Shown: positions 1 through 10,400 of the stretch, piece after piece
Numbering within the stretch: position 1 is the stretch's first letter
How the letters are laid out: each line of letters begins with the position of its first letter
Sequence record: CAXNAD020000001.1
DNA: 32,000 nt
Reading direction: 5' to 3' (one strand)
Notes under the pieces: generated by a model
Databases searched by the model: none
Told to the model about the DNA's origin: nothing
Seen by the model: only the letters and a program-made list of their open reading frames with translations
Made by a program: the position numbers and the translations under genes

Positions 1-1761
1 ATGAATAATTCAAAATTACCTTTAATCGATATAATACTTCCATATAATTTATTAGCTGAAAAATTAGTTTTAGGATATATTTTAAAAAATCCGAATTCAA
101 TTATATTAATTAGTGAAAAATTACCAATTGAAGCATTTTATCTACAAAATCATCAAATTATTTATAAAACAGCATTAATATTATATGCAGAGGGTAAAAC
201 TGTTGATTATATTACTTTAATTACATGGTTACAAGATCATGAATTTTTATTTAAAATTGGAGGTACAGCGGTTGTTTTAGAATTATTAAATCAACTTCAT
301 ATTTTTGGTAATTTAGATGAATATATAGCATTAATTTATGATAAATATATTCGAAGATCTCTAATTGAACTTGGTGAAGAAATTATAGAATTTGGTTATT
401 TAACCGATTTATCATTAGAAACGATTTTTTCTAAAATCGAACAAAAATTTTTTGTAATTACTGAAAAAAAACAAAATAAAAATTTAATTAGTATTGAAGA
501 AGGTTTAACAGAGATTTTAGGAGAAATTGAAAAAGGTTTAAAAACTTCAAAAATTCCTGGATTAAAAACTTCGTTTATTGATTTTGATATAATAACACAA
601 GGATTTCAAAACTCAGATCTTATTATTATAGCTGGTCGACCATCAATGGGAAAAACAGCTTTTGCTTTTAATTTAGCTAAAAATATTGCTAGAAATCATA
701 ATATTGGAATTATTTTTTTTAGTCTAGAAATGACTCGTCAACAATTGTTATATCGATTATTAGCTTCTGAAATAATGATTTCAAATACTCGATTAAGATC
801 TTCAAGGATTAGTCAAAAAGAATGGGATAAATTAAATCAAAGTATAAAATTATTATCCCAAATAAAATTATATATAGATGATACACCTAATCTTTCTATT
901 GGAGAAATAAAATTTAAAATAAAAACACTTGAATTTGAATGTTTTCAATCAATTAATTTAATTATTATTGATTATCTACAATTACTTGAAGGTATTAATA
1001 AAAATGAAAATCGAGTTCAAGAACTTTCTAAAATAACACGATTATTAAAACAATTAGCTCGTGATTTAAATATTCCAATTATTGTATTATCTCAATTAAG
1101 TCGAAGTTTAGAAAGTCGAATAAATAAACGTCCCATATTAGCTGATTTACGGGAAAGTGGTTGTCTTTATTTTAAATCTCAATTAAATTTTAATATTATT
1201 AGAAAAAAAATTTTTTTACAAAAAAACATTTCTACAGTTTGTTGGACTGGAAATTATCTATCTAAACAATTAATTTTAAATGTAAGATTTACAGGTAAAA
1301 AACCCATATATAAATTAGAAACTTTATTAGGATGGTCCATTTTAATTAGTAGTAATCATAAAATCTTAACAAATAAAGGTTGGAAAAAAGTAGATCAATT
1401 AAATTTAAATACTTTTATTTGTATGAAATTATTAGTCTCTTTTTTACCACAATTTTATAAAAATAAACTTACTATCAGTTGGGATAAAATTTTAAAAATT
1501 AATTATGAAAAATTAGAATCAGTTTATGATCTACAAATACGAAATTTTTCAAATTATTTGACAAATCATATTATTATTCATAATTCAATAGAACAAGATG
1601 CTGATATTGTTATCATGCTATATCGAGATGATTATTATAATAAAGATAGTCTAGAAAAAGATATTATTGAAATAATTATTTCAAAACATAGAAATGGTCC
1701 TATTGGGGTTACAAAATTAAAATTTGATTCTAAATATCTTCGATTTTTTAACATTAAATAA
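1..1761 (+). CDS. dnaB: Replicative DNA helicase DnaB, interrupted in frame by a mini-intein
   Basis: 586-aa ORF. It has a DnaB N-terminal region (LLAEKLVLGYILKNP), Walker A GRPSMGKTAF, Walker B-like LIIIDYLQLL and C-terminal SKHRNGPIG. Removing residues 388-528 leaves a 445-aa DnaB of normal length. The ATG is at window position 1, so upstream context is unseen. Confidence 0.95.
   Translation: MNNSKLPLIDIILPYNLLAEKLVLGYILKNPNSIILISEKLPIEAFYLQNHQIIYKTALILYAEGKTVDYITLITWLQDHEFLFKIGGTAVVLELLNQLHIFGNLDEYIALIYDKYIRRSLIELGEEIIEFGYLTDLSLETIFSKIEQKFFVITEKKQNKNLISIEEGLTEILGEIEKGLKTSKIPGLKTSFIDFDIITQGFQNSDLIIIAGRPSMGKTAFAFNLAKNIARNHNIGIIFFSLEMTRQQLLYRLLASEIMISNTRLRSSRISQKEWDKLNQSIKLLSQIKLYIDDTPNLSIGEIKFKIKTLEFECFQSINLIIIDYLQLLEGINKNENRVQELSKITRLLKQLARDLNIPIIVLSQLSRSLESRINKRPILADLRESGCLYFKSQLNFNIIRKKIFLQKNISTVCWTGNYLSKQLILNVRFTGKKPIYKLETLLGWSILISSNHKILTNKGWKKVDQLNLNTFICMKLLVSFLPQFYKNKLTISWDKILKINYEKLESVYDLQIRNFSNYLTNHIIIHNSIEQDADIVIMLYRDDYYNKDSLEKDIIEIIISKHRNGPIGVTKLKFDSKYLRFFNIK
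1162..1584 (+). mobile_element. DnaB mini-intein (141 codons, Cys1 ... His-Asn, +1 Ser), no room for a homing endonuclease domain
   Basis: The junctions read ADLRESG|CLYFKSQL...NHIIIHN|SIEQDADIV. The block B-like motif is SSNH within LLGWSILISSNHKILTNKGWKKVDQL, and the block F/G-like motif is VYDLQIRNFSNYLTNHIIIHN. RESG and SIEQD are contiguous in intein-free DnaB. Confidence 0.85.
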
Positions 1762-1783
1762 TAATAAACTCGATAATTAGGGT

Positions 1784-1803
1784 ATATAATCTAAAGATTA
1801 TAT
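1784..1803 (+). terminator. Short A/T-rich hairpin 3' of dnaB (8-bp stem, 4-nt loop)
   Basis: atataatc (1784-1791) pairs perfectly with gattatat (1796-1803), with loop taaa. It lies 23 nt after the dnaB stop. Its function is not demonstrated. Confidence 0.35.
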
Positions 1804-1816
1804 CTTTATTATTAGA

Positions 1817-1889
1817 GCGTTCTTAGTTCAGTTGGTAGAACATAGGTCTCCAAAACCTAGTGTCGAGGGTTCAAATCCTTCAGAGCGTG
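1817..1889 (+). tRNA. trnW: tRNA-Trp (anticodon CCA)
   Basis: Hand-folded cloverleaf. The D arm is GTTC/GAAC, the anticodon loop is CTCCAAA, the T arm is GAGGG-TTCAAAT-CCTTC and the acceptor is GCGTTCT/AGAGCGT. CCA is not encoded. It closely resembles plastid trnW. Confidence 0.93.
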
Positions 1890-1897
1890 TTTAAATA

Positions 1898-1930
1898 AAA
1901 TAATATTAATTAAGGAATTTAATATTATTT
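1898..1930. repeat. Inverted repeat (12-bp perfect stem, 9-nt loop) between trnW and rpl11
   Basis: aaataatattaa (1898-1909) is the exact reverse complement of ttaatattattt (1919-1930). Confidence 0.6.
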
Positions 1931-1971
1931 ATAAAATTTTTAAATTTCAAAATTCATAAAAAGAAAAATCT

Positions 1972-2400
1972 ATGATAAAAAAAGTAACTAGCATAATAAA
2001 ATTAGCCTTACCTGCAGGTAAGGCTATGCCAGCACCTCCAGTAGGTCCTGCTCTTAGTCAACATGGAGTAAATATTGCAGCTTTTTGTAAAGAATATAAT
2101 GCAAAAACAGCTGACCAAAAAGATTTAATTATTCCTGTAGAAATTTCAGTTTATGAAGATCGTTCTTATACTTTTATTTTAAAAACTCCACCTGCTTCAA
2201 TTTTATTAATAAAAGCAACAAATATAAAAAAAGGATCATCGAATTCAAAGAAAGAAAAAATTGCTTCAATAACAAAAAAAGAACTAGAAAAAATAGCGGA
2301 AATTAAATTACCTGATTTAAATACAAAACGTTTAGATAGTGCTATTAAAATTATTGCAGGAACAGCAAAAAATATGGGAATTTCTATAATTGATGATTAA
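1972..2400 (+). CDS. rpl11: 50S ribosomal protein L11
   Basis: [38 protein letters not shown] is the canonical L11 N-terminal domain. Confidence 0.97.
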   Translation: MIKKVTSIIKLALPAGKAMPAPPVGPALSQHGVNIAAFCKEYNAKTADQKDLIIPVEISVYEDRSYTFILKTPPASILLIKATNIKKGSSNSKKEKIASITKKELEKIAEIKLPDLNTKRLDSAIKIIAGTAKNMGISIIDD

Positions 2401-2411
2401 ATAAATAAATA

Positions 2412-3104
2412 ATGAAAAAATTAACCAAAAGAATAAAAAAAAATAATCAAAAAATAGAACAACGATTTTATGAAAAAACAGAAGCAATTAAAATTTTAAA
2501 AGAAACAGCAAATGCACAGTTTATAGAATCTGTTGAAGTTCATATTGCTTTATATATAAATCCAAAATATAGTGATCAACAATTACGAAATACATTGATT
2601 TTACCAAAAGGAATAGGTAAAAGTAAACGAATAGCTGCTTTAGTTCCAATTGAAACGAATATTAACGATTTTGAACATTTAGCTTATAAAATTGGATCAG
2701 ATGATTTAATAGAAGAAATAAATCAAGGAAAAATAGATTTTGATATCTTAATTGCAACTCCGGATATGATGCCCAAATTAGCAAAATTAGGTAGAGTTTT
2801 AGGACCAAAAGGATTAATGCCTTCACCAAAAGCTGGAACAGTAACAACTAATATTAAATTAACATTAGAAGAGTTTACAAAAGGGAAATTTGAATATCGT
2901 GCCGATAAAACAGGAATTGTACATTTAATGATTGGAAAAATTAATTTTACAGAATTAGATTTATTAGAAAATTTAAATGCTGTTTATAAATCAATTGAAA
3001 CTAATAAACCTACAGGAGTAAAAGGACGTTATTTTAAAACATTTCATATTTGTAGTACTATGGGACCATCTATTAAACTTGATTTATTATCATTAAAATC
3101 TTAA
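2412..3104 (+). CDS. rpl1: 50S ribosomal protein L1
   Basis: 230 aa, containing LGRVLGPKGLMPSPKAGTVT and EYRADKTGIVH motifs. It sits in the conserved rpl11-rpl1-rpl12 order. Confidence 0.96.
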   Translation: MKKLTKRIKKNNQKIEQRFYEKTEAIKILKETANAQFIESVEVHIALYINPKYSDQQLRNTLILPKGIGKSKRIAALVPIETNINDFEHLAYKIGSDDLIEEINQGKIDFDILIATPDMMPKLAKLGRVLGPKGLMPSPKAGTVTTNIKLTLEEFTKGKFEYRADKTGIVHLMIGKINFTELDLLENLNAVYKSIETNKPTGVKGRYFKTFHICSTMGPSIKLDLLSLKS

Positions 3105-3152
3105 TTAAATAAATTTTTAATTGACAAACGAAAAAATTAAAATAAATAAAAA

Positions 3153-3548
3153 ATGACTGAAAAAATTTCTACGTTAATCGAAGAATTACAAAACTTAACT
3201 TTATTAGAAGCTTCTGAATTAGTAACAGCAATTGAAACAACATTTAATGTCGATGCTTCTATTAGTAGTGGTAATGTAATGATGATGGATACTGGAGCAA
3301 CTAATAGCAGTTCAAATCCTGCAGAAGAACAAAAAACTACATTTGATATTAGTTTAGATGAAGTGCCTACAGATAAAAAAATAGCAATTTTAAAAGTTGT
3401 TCGAGTAATGACAGAATTAGGTTTAAAAGAAGCAAAAGATGTTGTCGAAAATACACCTAAGATTATAAAAGAACAATTATCTAAAGAAGCAGCTGAAGAA
3501 GGAAAAAAATTATTAGAAGATGCAGGAGCTAAAGTAACTTTAAAATAA
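3153..3548 (+). CDS. rpl12: 50S ribosomal protein L7/L12
   Basis: N-terminal LTLLEASELV, an Ala/Ser-rich hinge, and C-terminal KIAILKVVRVMTELGLKEAKDVVE...GAKVTLK. Confidence 0.96.
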   Translation: MTEKISTLIEELQNLTLLEASELVTAIETTFNVDASISSGNVMMMDTGATNSSSNPAEEQKTTFDISLDEVPTDKKIAILKVVRVMTELGLKEAKDVVENTPKIIKEQLSKEAAEEGKKLLEDAGAKVTLK

Positions 3549-3572
3549 TTAATAATTATTTTAATAATTATT
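3549..3572. repeat. Tandem 12-bp duplication (ttaataattatt x2) filling the rpl12/petF convergent spacer
   Basis: 3549-3560 equals 3561-3572. Each copy contains the 10-nt palindrome aataattatt, so the two copies can also pair as a hairpin. This makes it a possible bidirectional terminator. Confidence 0.6.
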
Positions 3573-3575
3573 ATA

Positions 3576-3878
3576 TTAATATAAATCTTCTTCTACATGA
3601 GTTTTTATTTTACAATCTGAAAGAGGATAACTTACACATGTTAAGATATATCCATTTGAAATTTGATCTTCATGTAAAAAAGCTTGGTCTTTTTGATTTA
3701 TTTCACCTTCGATAATAAGACCTGCGCATGTAGAACAAGCGCCAGCACGACATGCATAAGGTAAGTCTAAATCTGTTTTATCTTCAGCAGCATCTAAAAT
3801 ATATTCATCATCATTACACACGAAACTATCAGCTTTATCATTATTTTCATCCACTACTGAAATTTTGTACTCAGCCAT
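3576..3878 (-). CDS. petF: Plant-type [2Fe-2S] ferredoxin
   Basis: 100 aa. Cluster ligands lie in PYACRAGACSTCAG and ILTCVSYP, and the C-terminus is typical (EEDLY). Confidence 0.96.
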   Translation of the reverse strand: MAEYKISVVDENNDKADSFVCNDDEYILDAAEDKTDLDLPYACRAGACSTCAGLIIEGEINQKDQAFLHEDQISNGYILTCVSYPLSDCKIKTHVEEDLY

Positions 3879-4040
3879 AATAAAAATTATGTTATATATA
3901 TATTAAATTTTACAAAAATAGTAAAATATTATTAAAAATAATAATAATAAGTTTTGTTATTATAAATTAATATAAATAATTTGTCAATAGTTTATTCTAA
4001 TAAAAAAGTCAAAAACTTGTACAAGTTCGAGGATAAATAA

Positions 4041-5570
4041 ATGGCTTTACCATGGTATCGTGTTCATAGTGTAGTTCTTAATGATCCCGGTAGATTAATC
4101 GCTGTTCATTTAATGCATACAGCATTAGTTGCAGGCTGGGCTGGTTCAATGGCACTTTATGAACTAGCTGTTTTTGATCCTTCAGATCCAGTATTAAATC
4201 CAATGTGGCGTCAAGGCATGTTTGTTATGCCATTTATGTCAAGATTAGGAATTGTTGATTCTTGGGGGGGGTGGAGTATTACAGGAGAAAGTATTTCTAA
4301 TCCCGGAATTTGGAGTTTTGAAGGAGTAGCTTTAAGTCATATTATTTTATCTGGTCTTTGTTTTTTAGCAGCTATTTGGCATTGGGTTTATTGGGATCTT
4401 GAATTATTTCGTGATCAAACAACAGGTGATCCAACATTAGATCTTCCAAAGATTTTTGGTATACATTTATTTTTGTCAGGTTTATTATGTTTTGGATTTG
4501 GTGCCTTTCATGTAACAGGACTTTTTGGGCCAGGAATTTGGGTATCAGATGCTTATGGGATTACAGGAAAAATTCAACCTACATCTCCAACTTGGGGTCC
4601 TGAAGGTTTTAATCCTTTTAATCCCGCTGGGATTGCAGCACATCATATTGCTGCCGGAACATTTGGTATTTTAGCTGGAGTTTTTCATTTCACAATTCGA
4701 CCACCGCAACGTTTATATCGTGCATTAAGAATGGGGAATATAGAAACAGTACTTTCTAGTAGTATTTCTGCAGTCTTTTTTGCAGCTTTTATTACATCAG
4801 GTACTATGTGGTATGGTTCAGCTACAACACCTATCGAATTATTTGGTCCAACTAGATATCAATGGGATAGTGGTTATTTTCAACAAGAAATTGAGCGTCG
4901 TATTGAAACTTCATTAAATGATGGTTTATCAGAAAGTAATGCTTGGTTAAGCATCCCAGATAAATTAGCATTTTATGATTATATAGGAAATAACCCTGCC
5001 AAAGGTGGGTTATTCCGTGCTGGTCCTATGGATAAAGGTGATGGTATTGCTGAAGCTTGGTTAGGTCACCCAGTTTTTCGTGATCGTGAAGGTCGTGAAT
5101 TAGTAGTCCGTCGCATGCCTGCCTTTTTCGAAACATTTCCAGTTATTTTAATTGATAAAGATGGTATTATTCGTGCTGATATACCATTTAGACGAGCAGA
5201 ATCTAAATATAGCATTGAACAAGTAGGTGTTAACGTTAGTTTTTATGGTGGAAAATTAAATGGACAGTCGTTTAAAGATGCTCCAACAGTAAAAAAATTC
5301 GCTCGAAAAGCGCAATTAGGCGAAGTTTTTGAATTTGATCGAACAAGTTTAGGTTCAGATGGTGTGTTTAGAAGTAGTCCACGTGGTTGGTATACTTTTG
5401 GGCATATTAATTTAGCTTTATTATTTTTCTTAGGTCACTTATGGCATGGATCACGTACTATTTTCCGTGATGTTTTCACAGGTATTGGTTCAGAAGTAAC
5501 AGAACAAGTTGAATTTGGAGCATTCCAAAAATTAGGTGATGAAACAACTCGTAAACAAGGTATAGTTTAA
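4041..5570 (+). CDS. psbB: Photosystem II CP47 chlorophyll apoprotein
   Basis: 509 aa starting [41 protein letters not shown] box lies 8 nt upstream of the ATG. Confidence 0.99.
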   Translation: MALPWYRVHSVVLNDPGRLIAVHLMHTALVAGWAGSMALYELAVFDPSDPVLNPMWRQGMFVMPFMSRLGIVDSWGGWSITGESISNPGIWSFEGVALSHIILSGLCFLAAIWHWVYWDLELFRDQTTGDPTLDLPKIFGIHLFLSGLLCFGFGAFHVTGLFGPGIWVSDAYGITGKIQPTSPTWGPEGFNPFNPAGIAAHHIAAGTFGILAGVFHFTIRPPQRLYRALRMGNIETVLSSSISAVFFAAFITSGTMWYGSATTPIELFGPTRYQWDSGYFQQEIERRIETSLNDGLSESNAWLSIPDKLAFYDYIGNNPAKGGLFRAGPMDKGDGIAEAWLGHPVFRDREGRELVVRRMPAFFETFPVILIDKDGIIRADIPFRRAESKYSIEQVGVNVSFYGGKLNGQSFKDAPTVKKFARKAQLGEVFEFDRTSLGSDGVFRSSPRGWYTFGHINLALLFFLGHLWHGSRTIFRDVFTGIGSEVTEQVEFGAFQKLGDETTRKQGIV

Positions 5571-5596
5571 TTTATTTTTTATTTAAAAGGAAAAAA

Positions 5597-5695
5597 ATGG
5601 AAGCATTAGTTTATACGTTTTTATTAATTGGAACTTTAATGGTTTTATTTTTTGCAGTTTTCTTCCGTGAACCTCCTAAAGTTTTAAAAGATTAA
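5597..5695 (+). CDS. psbT: Photosystem II protein T
   Basis: Hand translation gives [32 protein letters not shown] (32 aa). An AAGGA box lies upstream and the gene follows psbB. It is not in the ORF track because it is short. Confidence 0.95.
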   Translation: MEALVYTFLLIGTLMVLFFAVFFREPPKVLKD

Positions 5696-5729
5696 TTAAA
5701 AAATAATTAATTATTTTTTAATTAATCTT
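5688..5729. terminator. Perfect 42-nt palindrome spanning the 3' ends of convergent psbT and psbN
   Basis: Every base from 5688 to 5708 pairs with its partner from 5729 to 5709 (checked base by base). It includes AAAGATTAA of psbT and GAAGATTAA of psbN. It is a candidate bidirectional terminator or 3'-end stabiliser. Confidence 0.55.
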
Positions 5730-5853
5730 CATGTTCTTCAAATGGGTCTCGTAAAAATTTAGAATTTGGACCAAATGCTGTATAAATTGAATAAGCTGTT
5801 ATTCCTATTAATAAACTAGAGACAAAAATAACTAAGATTGTTGATGTTTCCAT
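5722..5853 (-). CDS. psbN: Photosystem II protein N
   Basis: Hand translation gives [43 protein letters not shown] (43 aa). It lies on the opposite strand between psbT and psbH, as in cyanobacteria and plastids. Confidence 0.95.
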   Translation of the reverse strand: METSTILVIFVSSLLIGITAYSIYTAFGPNSKFLRDPFEEHED

Positions 5854-5933
5854 AATTTTTATTTATTAATTTTAATTTTATTAAAATATGCTATTGACAA
5901 AAATATTATTATTTAATTAAATTTTATTGAATT

Positions 5934-6137
5934 ATGGCTTTACGTACAAGATTAGGTGAAATATTAAAACCCTTAAATGATGAAGCAGGTAAAGTAGCTC
6001 CAAATTGGGGAACAACCCCAATTATGGGCGTATTTATGTTATTGTTTTTTGTTTTTTTATTAATTATTTTACAAATTTATAATTCTTCATTAATAATTGA
6101 AAATGTAAATGTAGATTGGCAAAGTTTAGATAATTAA
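5934..6137 (+). CDS. psbH: Photosystem II phosphoprotein H
   Basis: 67 aa containing [44 protein letters not shown]. Confidence 0.96.
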   Translation: MALRTRLGEILKPLNDEAGKVAPNWGTTPIMGVFMLLFFVFLLIILQIYNSSLIIENVNVDWQSLDN

Positions 6138-6139
6138 AT

Positions 6140-8137
6140 TTAAGTAATTGTTATGATTTCATCGTCTTTATAATTATTATTGAATTTTATTGTTTTAGGT
6201 TTTTGATCAAATATTGTTAACAACATTTTAATTTTATTTGGTTTAGGTAAACCTGTGTAATTACTAACAAATTTTTTAAAATCTTTTCCTTCAATAGTTT
6301 CTATTTGAATTAAAATAGTTGCTAATTGATCTAAAAGTAAACGATTTCTTTTTAATAATTTACAAGCTTGGTGAAACCCATCTTCTATAATTTCAATAAT
6401 TTGTTCATCAATTTGATCAGCAATATCTAATAATGTATCAGGTCTAGTTTGAACATTACGACCAAAAAATATTGTTGGTTTTGGTAAATCTATAGCCATA
6501 GGAGTTAAATTCGACATTCCAAATCTGGTAACCATTTGTCTTGCTAATGTATTAACTTGAAAAAAGTCATTACTTGCTCCACTAGTTATTTCCATTTGTC
6601 CAAATATAATTTTTTCAGCAGCTCTCCCTGCAAGAATACCAATTAAACGTGATGATAATTGTCCACGAGTCATTAAAGGTTGTTCTTCTGGCGTAAACCA
6701 AGTTAATCCTTGTGCTTGACCTCTAGGAATTAATGTTACTTTTTGAACATCATCATGATTTTTTAATAAAGTTCCTGCTAAAGCATGCCCAACTTCATGA
6801 TAAGCAACCAATCTTTTATTTCGAGAATCATTTAAAACAACACCTTCTAATCCTACAATTATTTTTTCTATCGCAGTATTAATTTCTTTGATACTTATTG
6901 TTTCAAGATTTGCTCGAGCAGTTAAAATAGCAGCTTCATTTAAAATATTAGCTAAATCAGCTCCAGAAAAACCTGATGTTCGTTGAGCAATAAATTTAAT
7001 TGAAGTTTTAGAATCAATCTTTTTATCTTGACTATGGACTTTTAAAATTTCCATTCGTCCATATAAATCCGGTAAATTAAGAGTGATTTGTCTATCAAAA
7101 CGACCTGGTCGTAAAAGTGCAGAATCTAAAACATCAGCACGGTTTGTAGCTGCAATTACAATAATACCAGTAGTCGGTTTAAAACCATCCATTTCACTTA
7201 AAATTTGATTTAATGTTTGTTCTCGCTCATCATTATTTCCACCAACCCCAACACCACGTTGTCTTCCTATCGCATCAATCTCATCAATAAAAAGAATACA
7301 TGGTGAATTTCGCTCAGCTGTATTAAATAAATCACGAACTCTTGAAGCTCCTATTCCAACAAACATTTCTACAAATTCAGAACCTGAAATACTAATAAAA
7401 GGTACGCCAGCTTCACCAGCAATTGCTTTCGCAAGTAAGGTTTTACCTGTTCCTGGTGGCCCAACTATAATAACACCTTTAGGAGGATTTGCACCAACAG
7501 CAGTAAATAAATGAGGTGTTTTAAGAAATGAAACAAATTCTTCAAATTCTTGTTTTGCATCATCAATTCCAGCTACATCTTTAAAAAGAACACCAGTATC
7601 AGGGTCTATTTGCACTTTAGCTCGAACTTTACGAACATTTAATATTTGATTAGTTAATGAGCTTAATAAATCAGAACCGCCTCCTTGAAAATTTAAAAGT
7701 TGAAAAAGAATGAAACACGCAATTAAAATTAAAAACGGAATAAAAGTAACACTTAAAATAGACCATACTGCATCAAAATTAATTTTTGGATGTGAAGTAA
7801 AATTAACTTTTGATTCTCTTAATTGTACAACAAACGAAGAGATTTTAATAGGAATTTGTACACGAACTGGTTTTTCAAGTTCACCAGATTCACTATTAAT
7901 TTTTTCACAAATAACAATTCCACCATTTTCATATAAATCTACTGTCTTAATTTCTTTTTTATTTAAAGCATTAGAAAATTCATTATATGAAATTATTTTA
8001 TTTGGATGACTATTTTTAAAATTAATTACATTATTTTTTATATCAGTAAAATCATCAAACTTAAGAAATATAACACTGGAAAAAATTACTAAAAGAATTA
8101 ATATAATATAAAAAATTCGTGGACCTTCATATTTCAT
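6140..8137 (-). CDS. ftsH: ATP-dependent zinc metalloprotease FtsH
   Basis: 665 aa with N-terminal transmembrane helices, Walker A GPPGTGKT, Walker [10 protein letters not shown], the second region of homology ([24 protein letters not shown]) and the zinc motif HEVGHAL. Confidence 0.97.
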   Translation of the reverse strand: MKYEGPRIFYIILILLVIFSSVIFLKFDDFTDIKNNVINFKNSHPNKIISYNEFSNALNKKEIKTVDLYENGGIVICEKINSESGELEKPVRVQIPIKISSFVVQLRESKVNFTSHPKINFDAVWSILSVTFIPFLILIACFILFQLLNFQGGGSDLLSSLTNQILNVRKVRAKVQIDPDTGVLFKDVAGIDDAKQEFEEFVSFLKTPHLFTAVGANPPKGVIIVGPPGTGKTLLAKAIAGEAGVPFISISGSEFVEMFVGIGASRVRDLFNTAERNSPCILFIDEIDAIGRQRGVGVGGNNDEREQTLNQILSEMDGFKPTTGIIVIAATNRADVLDSALLRPGRFDRQITLNLPDLYGRMEILKVHSQDKKIDSKTSIKFIAQRTSGFSGADLANILNEAAILTARANLETISIKEINTAIEKIIVGLEGVVLNDSRNKRLVAYHEVGHALAGTLLKNHDDVQKVTLIPRGQAQGLTWFTPEEQPLMTRGQLSSRLIGILAGRAAEKIIFGQMEITSGASNDFFQVNTLARQMVTRFGMSNLTPMAIDLPKPTIFFGRNVQTRPDTLLDIADQIDEQIIEIIEDGFHQACKLLKRNRLLLDQLATILIQIETIEGKDFKKFVSNYTGLPKPNKIKMLLTIFDQKPKTIKFNNNYKDDEIITIT

Positions 8138-8210
8138 TTTTTTTCTCCAATATTTATATACTTTATAATGCAGTATTAAGTTACTAACATAAATTAATAA
8201 AAAAAAACAA

Positions 8211-10034
8211 CTAAATTTCCATTATTGCATCTTCTTTTGTTGTTCGAGTTTTAGCATCTAATTGCATTTCACTATTAGTTTTTGCTGGTTCAACCATTGG
8301 ATAACAATTTTCATCTTCAATAACATAACATTCCATTAAAACAGGACCATCATATGCAAAAGCTTCTTTTAAAGATTTAATTAAATCTTTAGTTTTATTT
8401 ACATAAATACTTTTTATATTATAAGCATTTGCTAATTTACTCAAGTTAGGAGCACCAATTTCCATATTAGAATGAGAATATCTTTTTTTATAAAAAGTTT
8501 CTTGCCATTGACGAACCATACCTTGCCAATTATTATTAATAATAATTATTTTAATTGGTAAATTATATTGTGAAATTGTGGCTAATTCTTGTAAATTCAT
8601 TTGAAAACTTGAATCTCCACTTATACAAATAATTTCTTTATTTATTGTAGCAATTACCGCTCCAATTGCTGCTGGTAATCCAAACCCCATTGTTCCTAAT
8701 CCAGCACTTGATAACCAATTTCGCGGTTTCGATTTAATATATTGAGCTGCCCACATTTGATGTTGTCCGACATCAGTTGTTATTATTGCATTTGGTTTTA
8801 ATTTTGTAATTTCTATAATTACTTCTTGAGGTAATAAAGCTTTTTCATTAATAGAAGTAGTTAATGGGTATTTAAATTTCCAAAGTAAAATTTGTTTATG
8901 CCAATTTTTTAATAAATTAAAATATCTTTTTCTTAAAAAAGAATATTCTATTTGTTCTGTTAAAATTAAAAAATTTGTTAAAATTTCTCTAATATCACCA
9001 ACAATTCCAATTTCAATTTCTTTATTTTTTCCTATTTCAACATCATCAATATCAATATGAACAATTACAGCATTACAAGCAAAATCTTCTAATTTTCCTG
9101 TTACTCGATCATCAAATCTTGCCCCTATTGCAAATAAAAGGTCACAATTACTTATTGCAAAATTAGCATAAGCAGTACCATGCATTCCTAACATTCCTAA
9201 AGATAATTCATGATTTTCATTAAATGCACCTTTTCCCATTAAAGTAGTTGTAACGGGTATCGAAAACCGTTCAGCTAATTTTGTTAATTCTTGACTTGCA
9301 TTCGAATTTATTACACCCCCACCAATATAAAATAATGGTTGTAATGAATCTTGTAATTTTTCTAAAACATCATAAAATGGTTTATTTTGTTTTTTTATTT
9401 TAAAATGCCATCCTAAAACTTTATGAATATTTAATTGAGTAAAAGGAATATAATTTTTAATTATTTCAAAACCTATATTTTTAGGTATGTCAATAAGAAC
9501 TGGTCCAGGTCGACCATTTTGTGCTATATAAATTGCTTCAGTAAGAATTTGTGATATAAATTTTGCTTCTAAAACAATATATGAATGTTTAACAAGAGAT
9601 AATGTAATACTATAAATATCAATTTCTTGAAACGCATCAGTTCCCAGAAATGTAGTTCCAACTTGTCCTGTAATAATTATCATTGGAATAGAATCTAATT
9701 TAGCTGTTGCAATTCCGGTTATTAGATTGGTTGCACCAGGGCCGGAGGTTGCAAAGCAAACTCCTATTTTTCCACTAGATCTACTAAAACCATCAGCAGC
9801 ATGAGTAGCTGCTTGTTCATGTCGAACTAAGTAATGTTTTATTATTTTTTGTTGTTCCCAAAAAAACAATTCATCATAAATAGGTAATATAGCTCCACCG
9901 GGATAACCAAAAACTGAATAAATACCATTTCTAATTAAACTATCAAAAAGAGCAAAAGCACCAGTTTTTTTACATTTAGTAAAACTTTTTTTTTCTGTTA
10001 AATTTTGTAATAAATTCTGTTTTTGGTTTGACAT
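8211..10034 (-). CDS. ilvB: Acetolactate (acetohydroxyacid) synthase large subunit
   Basis: 607 aa containing [12 protein letters not shown] and TSGPGATNL. The ThDP-binding region is [39 protein letters not shown]. Confidence 0.95.
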   Translation of the reverse strand: MSNQKQNLLQNLTEKKSFTKCKKTGAFALFDSLIRNGIYSVFGYPGGAILPIYDELFFWEQQKIIKHYLVRHEQAATHAADGFSRSSGKIGVCFATSGPGATNLITGIATAKLDSIPMIIITGQVGTTFLGTDAFQEIDIYSITLSLVKHSYIVLEAKFISQILTEAIYIAQNGRPGPVLIDIPKNIGFEIIKNYIPFTQLNIHKVLGWHFKIKKQNKPFYDVLEKLQDSLQPLFYIGGGVINSNASQELTKLAERFSIPVTTTLMGKGAFNENHELSLGMLGMHGTAYANFAISNCDLLFAIGARFDDRVTGKLEDFACNAVIVHIDIDDVEIGKNKEIEIGIVGDIREILTNFLILTEQIEYSFLRKRYFNLLKNWHKQILLWKFKYPLTTSINEKALLPQEVIIEITKLKPNAIITTDVGQHQMWAAQYIKSKPRNWLSSAGLGTMGFGLPAAIGAVIATINKEIICISGDSSFQMNLQELATISQYNLPIKIIIINNNWQGMVRQWQETFYKKRYSHSNMEIGAPNLSKLANAYNIKSIYVNKTKDLIKSLKEAFAYDGPVLMECYVIEDENCYPMVEPAKTNSEMQLDAKTRTTKEDAIMEI

Positions 10035-10057
10035 AAAATAAGATTTAAAAAATACAA

Positions 10058-10243
10058 TTAATCAATTGTAATCATTTTTTTTAAAATATATATTAAAATA
10101 CAAATTAAAACAATTAATATTATTAATATTTTTTGATTACTTTTAATTAATTTAAAAATTGGTCTGAATAATATTAAAATTAATCCTAATGTAGAAGAAA
10201 TAAAAAATCGGTTATAGCGCAATAAATTTTCCCAAAAATCCAT
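10058..10243 (-). CDS. ycf33: Small conserved membrane protein, ycf33-like
   Basis: 61 aa. FWENLLRYNRFFISSTLGLILILFRP resembles my recollection of the Ycf33 N-terminus in red-lineage plastids and cyanobacteria. One or two transmembrane helices are likely. The identification is from memory only. Confidence 0.55.
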   Translation of the reverse strand: MDFWENLLRYNRFFISSTLGLILILFRPIFKLIKSNQKILIILIVLICILIYILKKMITID

Positions 10244-10400
10244 AAAATAATTTGTTATGTTATATATTTATATATAATGAATTTTTTACATTATAATAGT
10301 ATCATACTATTAAATATAATTTATATTAATAATAAAAATTTTTTTAAAATTATAAAATAAATGACTTTAGTCTTAATATATTAAAATACAAATACAATTT

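Noticed and set aside
2662-2847. 61-aa ORF antisense to rpl1
   Set aside because: It lies entirely inside the well-conserved rpl1 frame on the opposite strand, its product is low-complexity Leu-rich, and it has no motif. It is a shadow ORF.
3121-3126. Perfect TTGACA hexamer 27 nt upstream of the rpl12 start (possible -35 box)
   Set aside because: The only -10 candidates at 16-18 nt spacing are generic A/T strings (TAAATA). In this AT-rich background I cannot distinguish a real sigma70-type promoter from chance, so I do not call it as a feature.
5894-5923. TTGACA (5894-5899) followed 18 nt later by TAAATT upstream of psbH
   Set aside because: It is attractive as a PEP (plastid-encoded RNA polymerase) promoter, but it would leave a leader of only a few nucleotides before the psbH ATG at 5934. 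The -10 element is not distinguishable from background A/T, so transcript 5'-end data are needed.
7710-8009. 99-aa ORF antisense to the ftsH N-terminal region
   Set aside because: It is embedded in ftsH on the opposite strand with no recognisable family. It is a shadow ORF.
8590-8640. ilvB ThDP-binding motif reads GDS rather than the usual GDG ([10 protein letters not shown]...NNN)
   Set aside because: Coordinates are approximate. The rest of the motif and the protein are intact, and I recall similar second-position variation in red-algal AHAS. There is not enough basis to call it unusual without an alignment.
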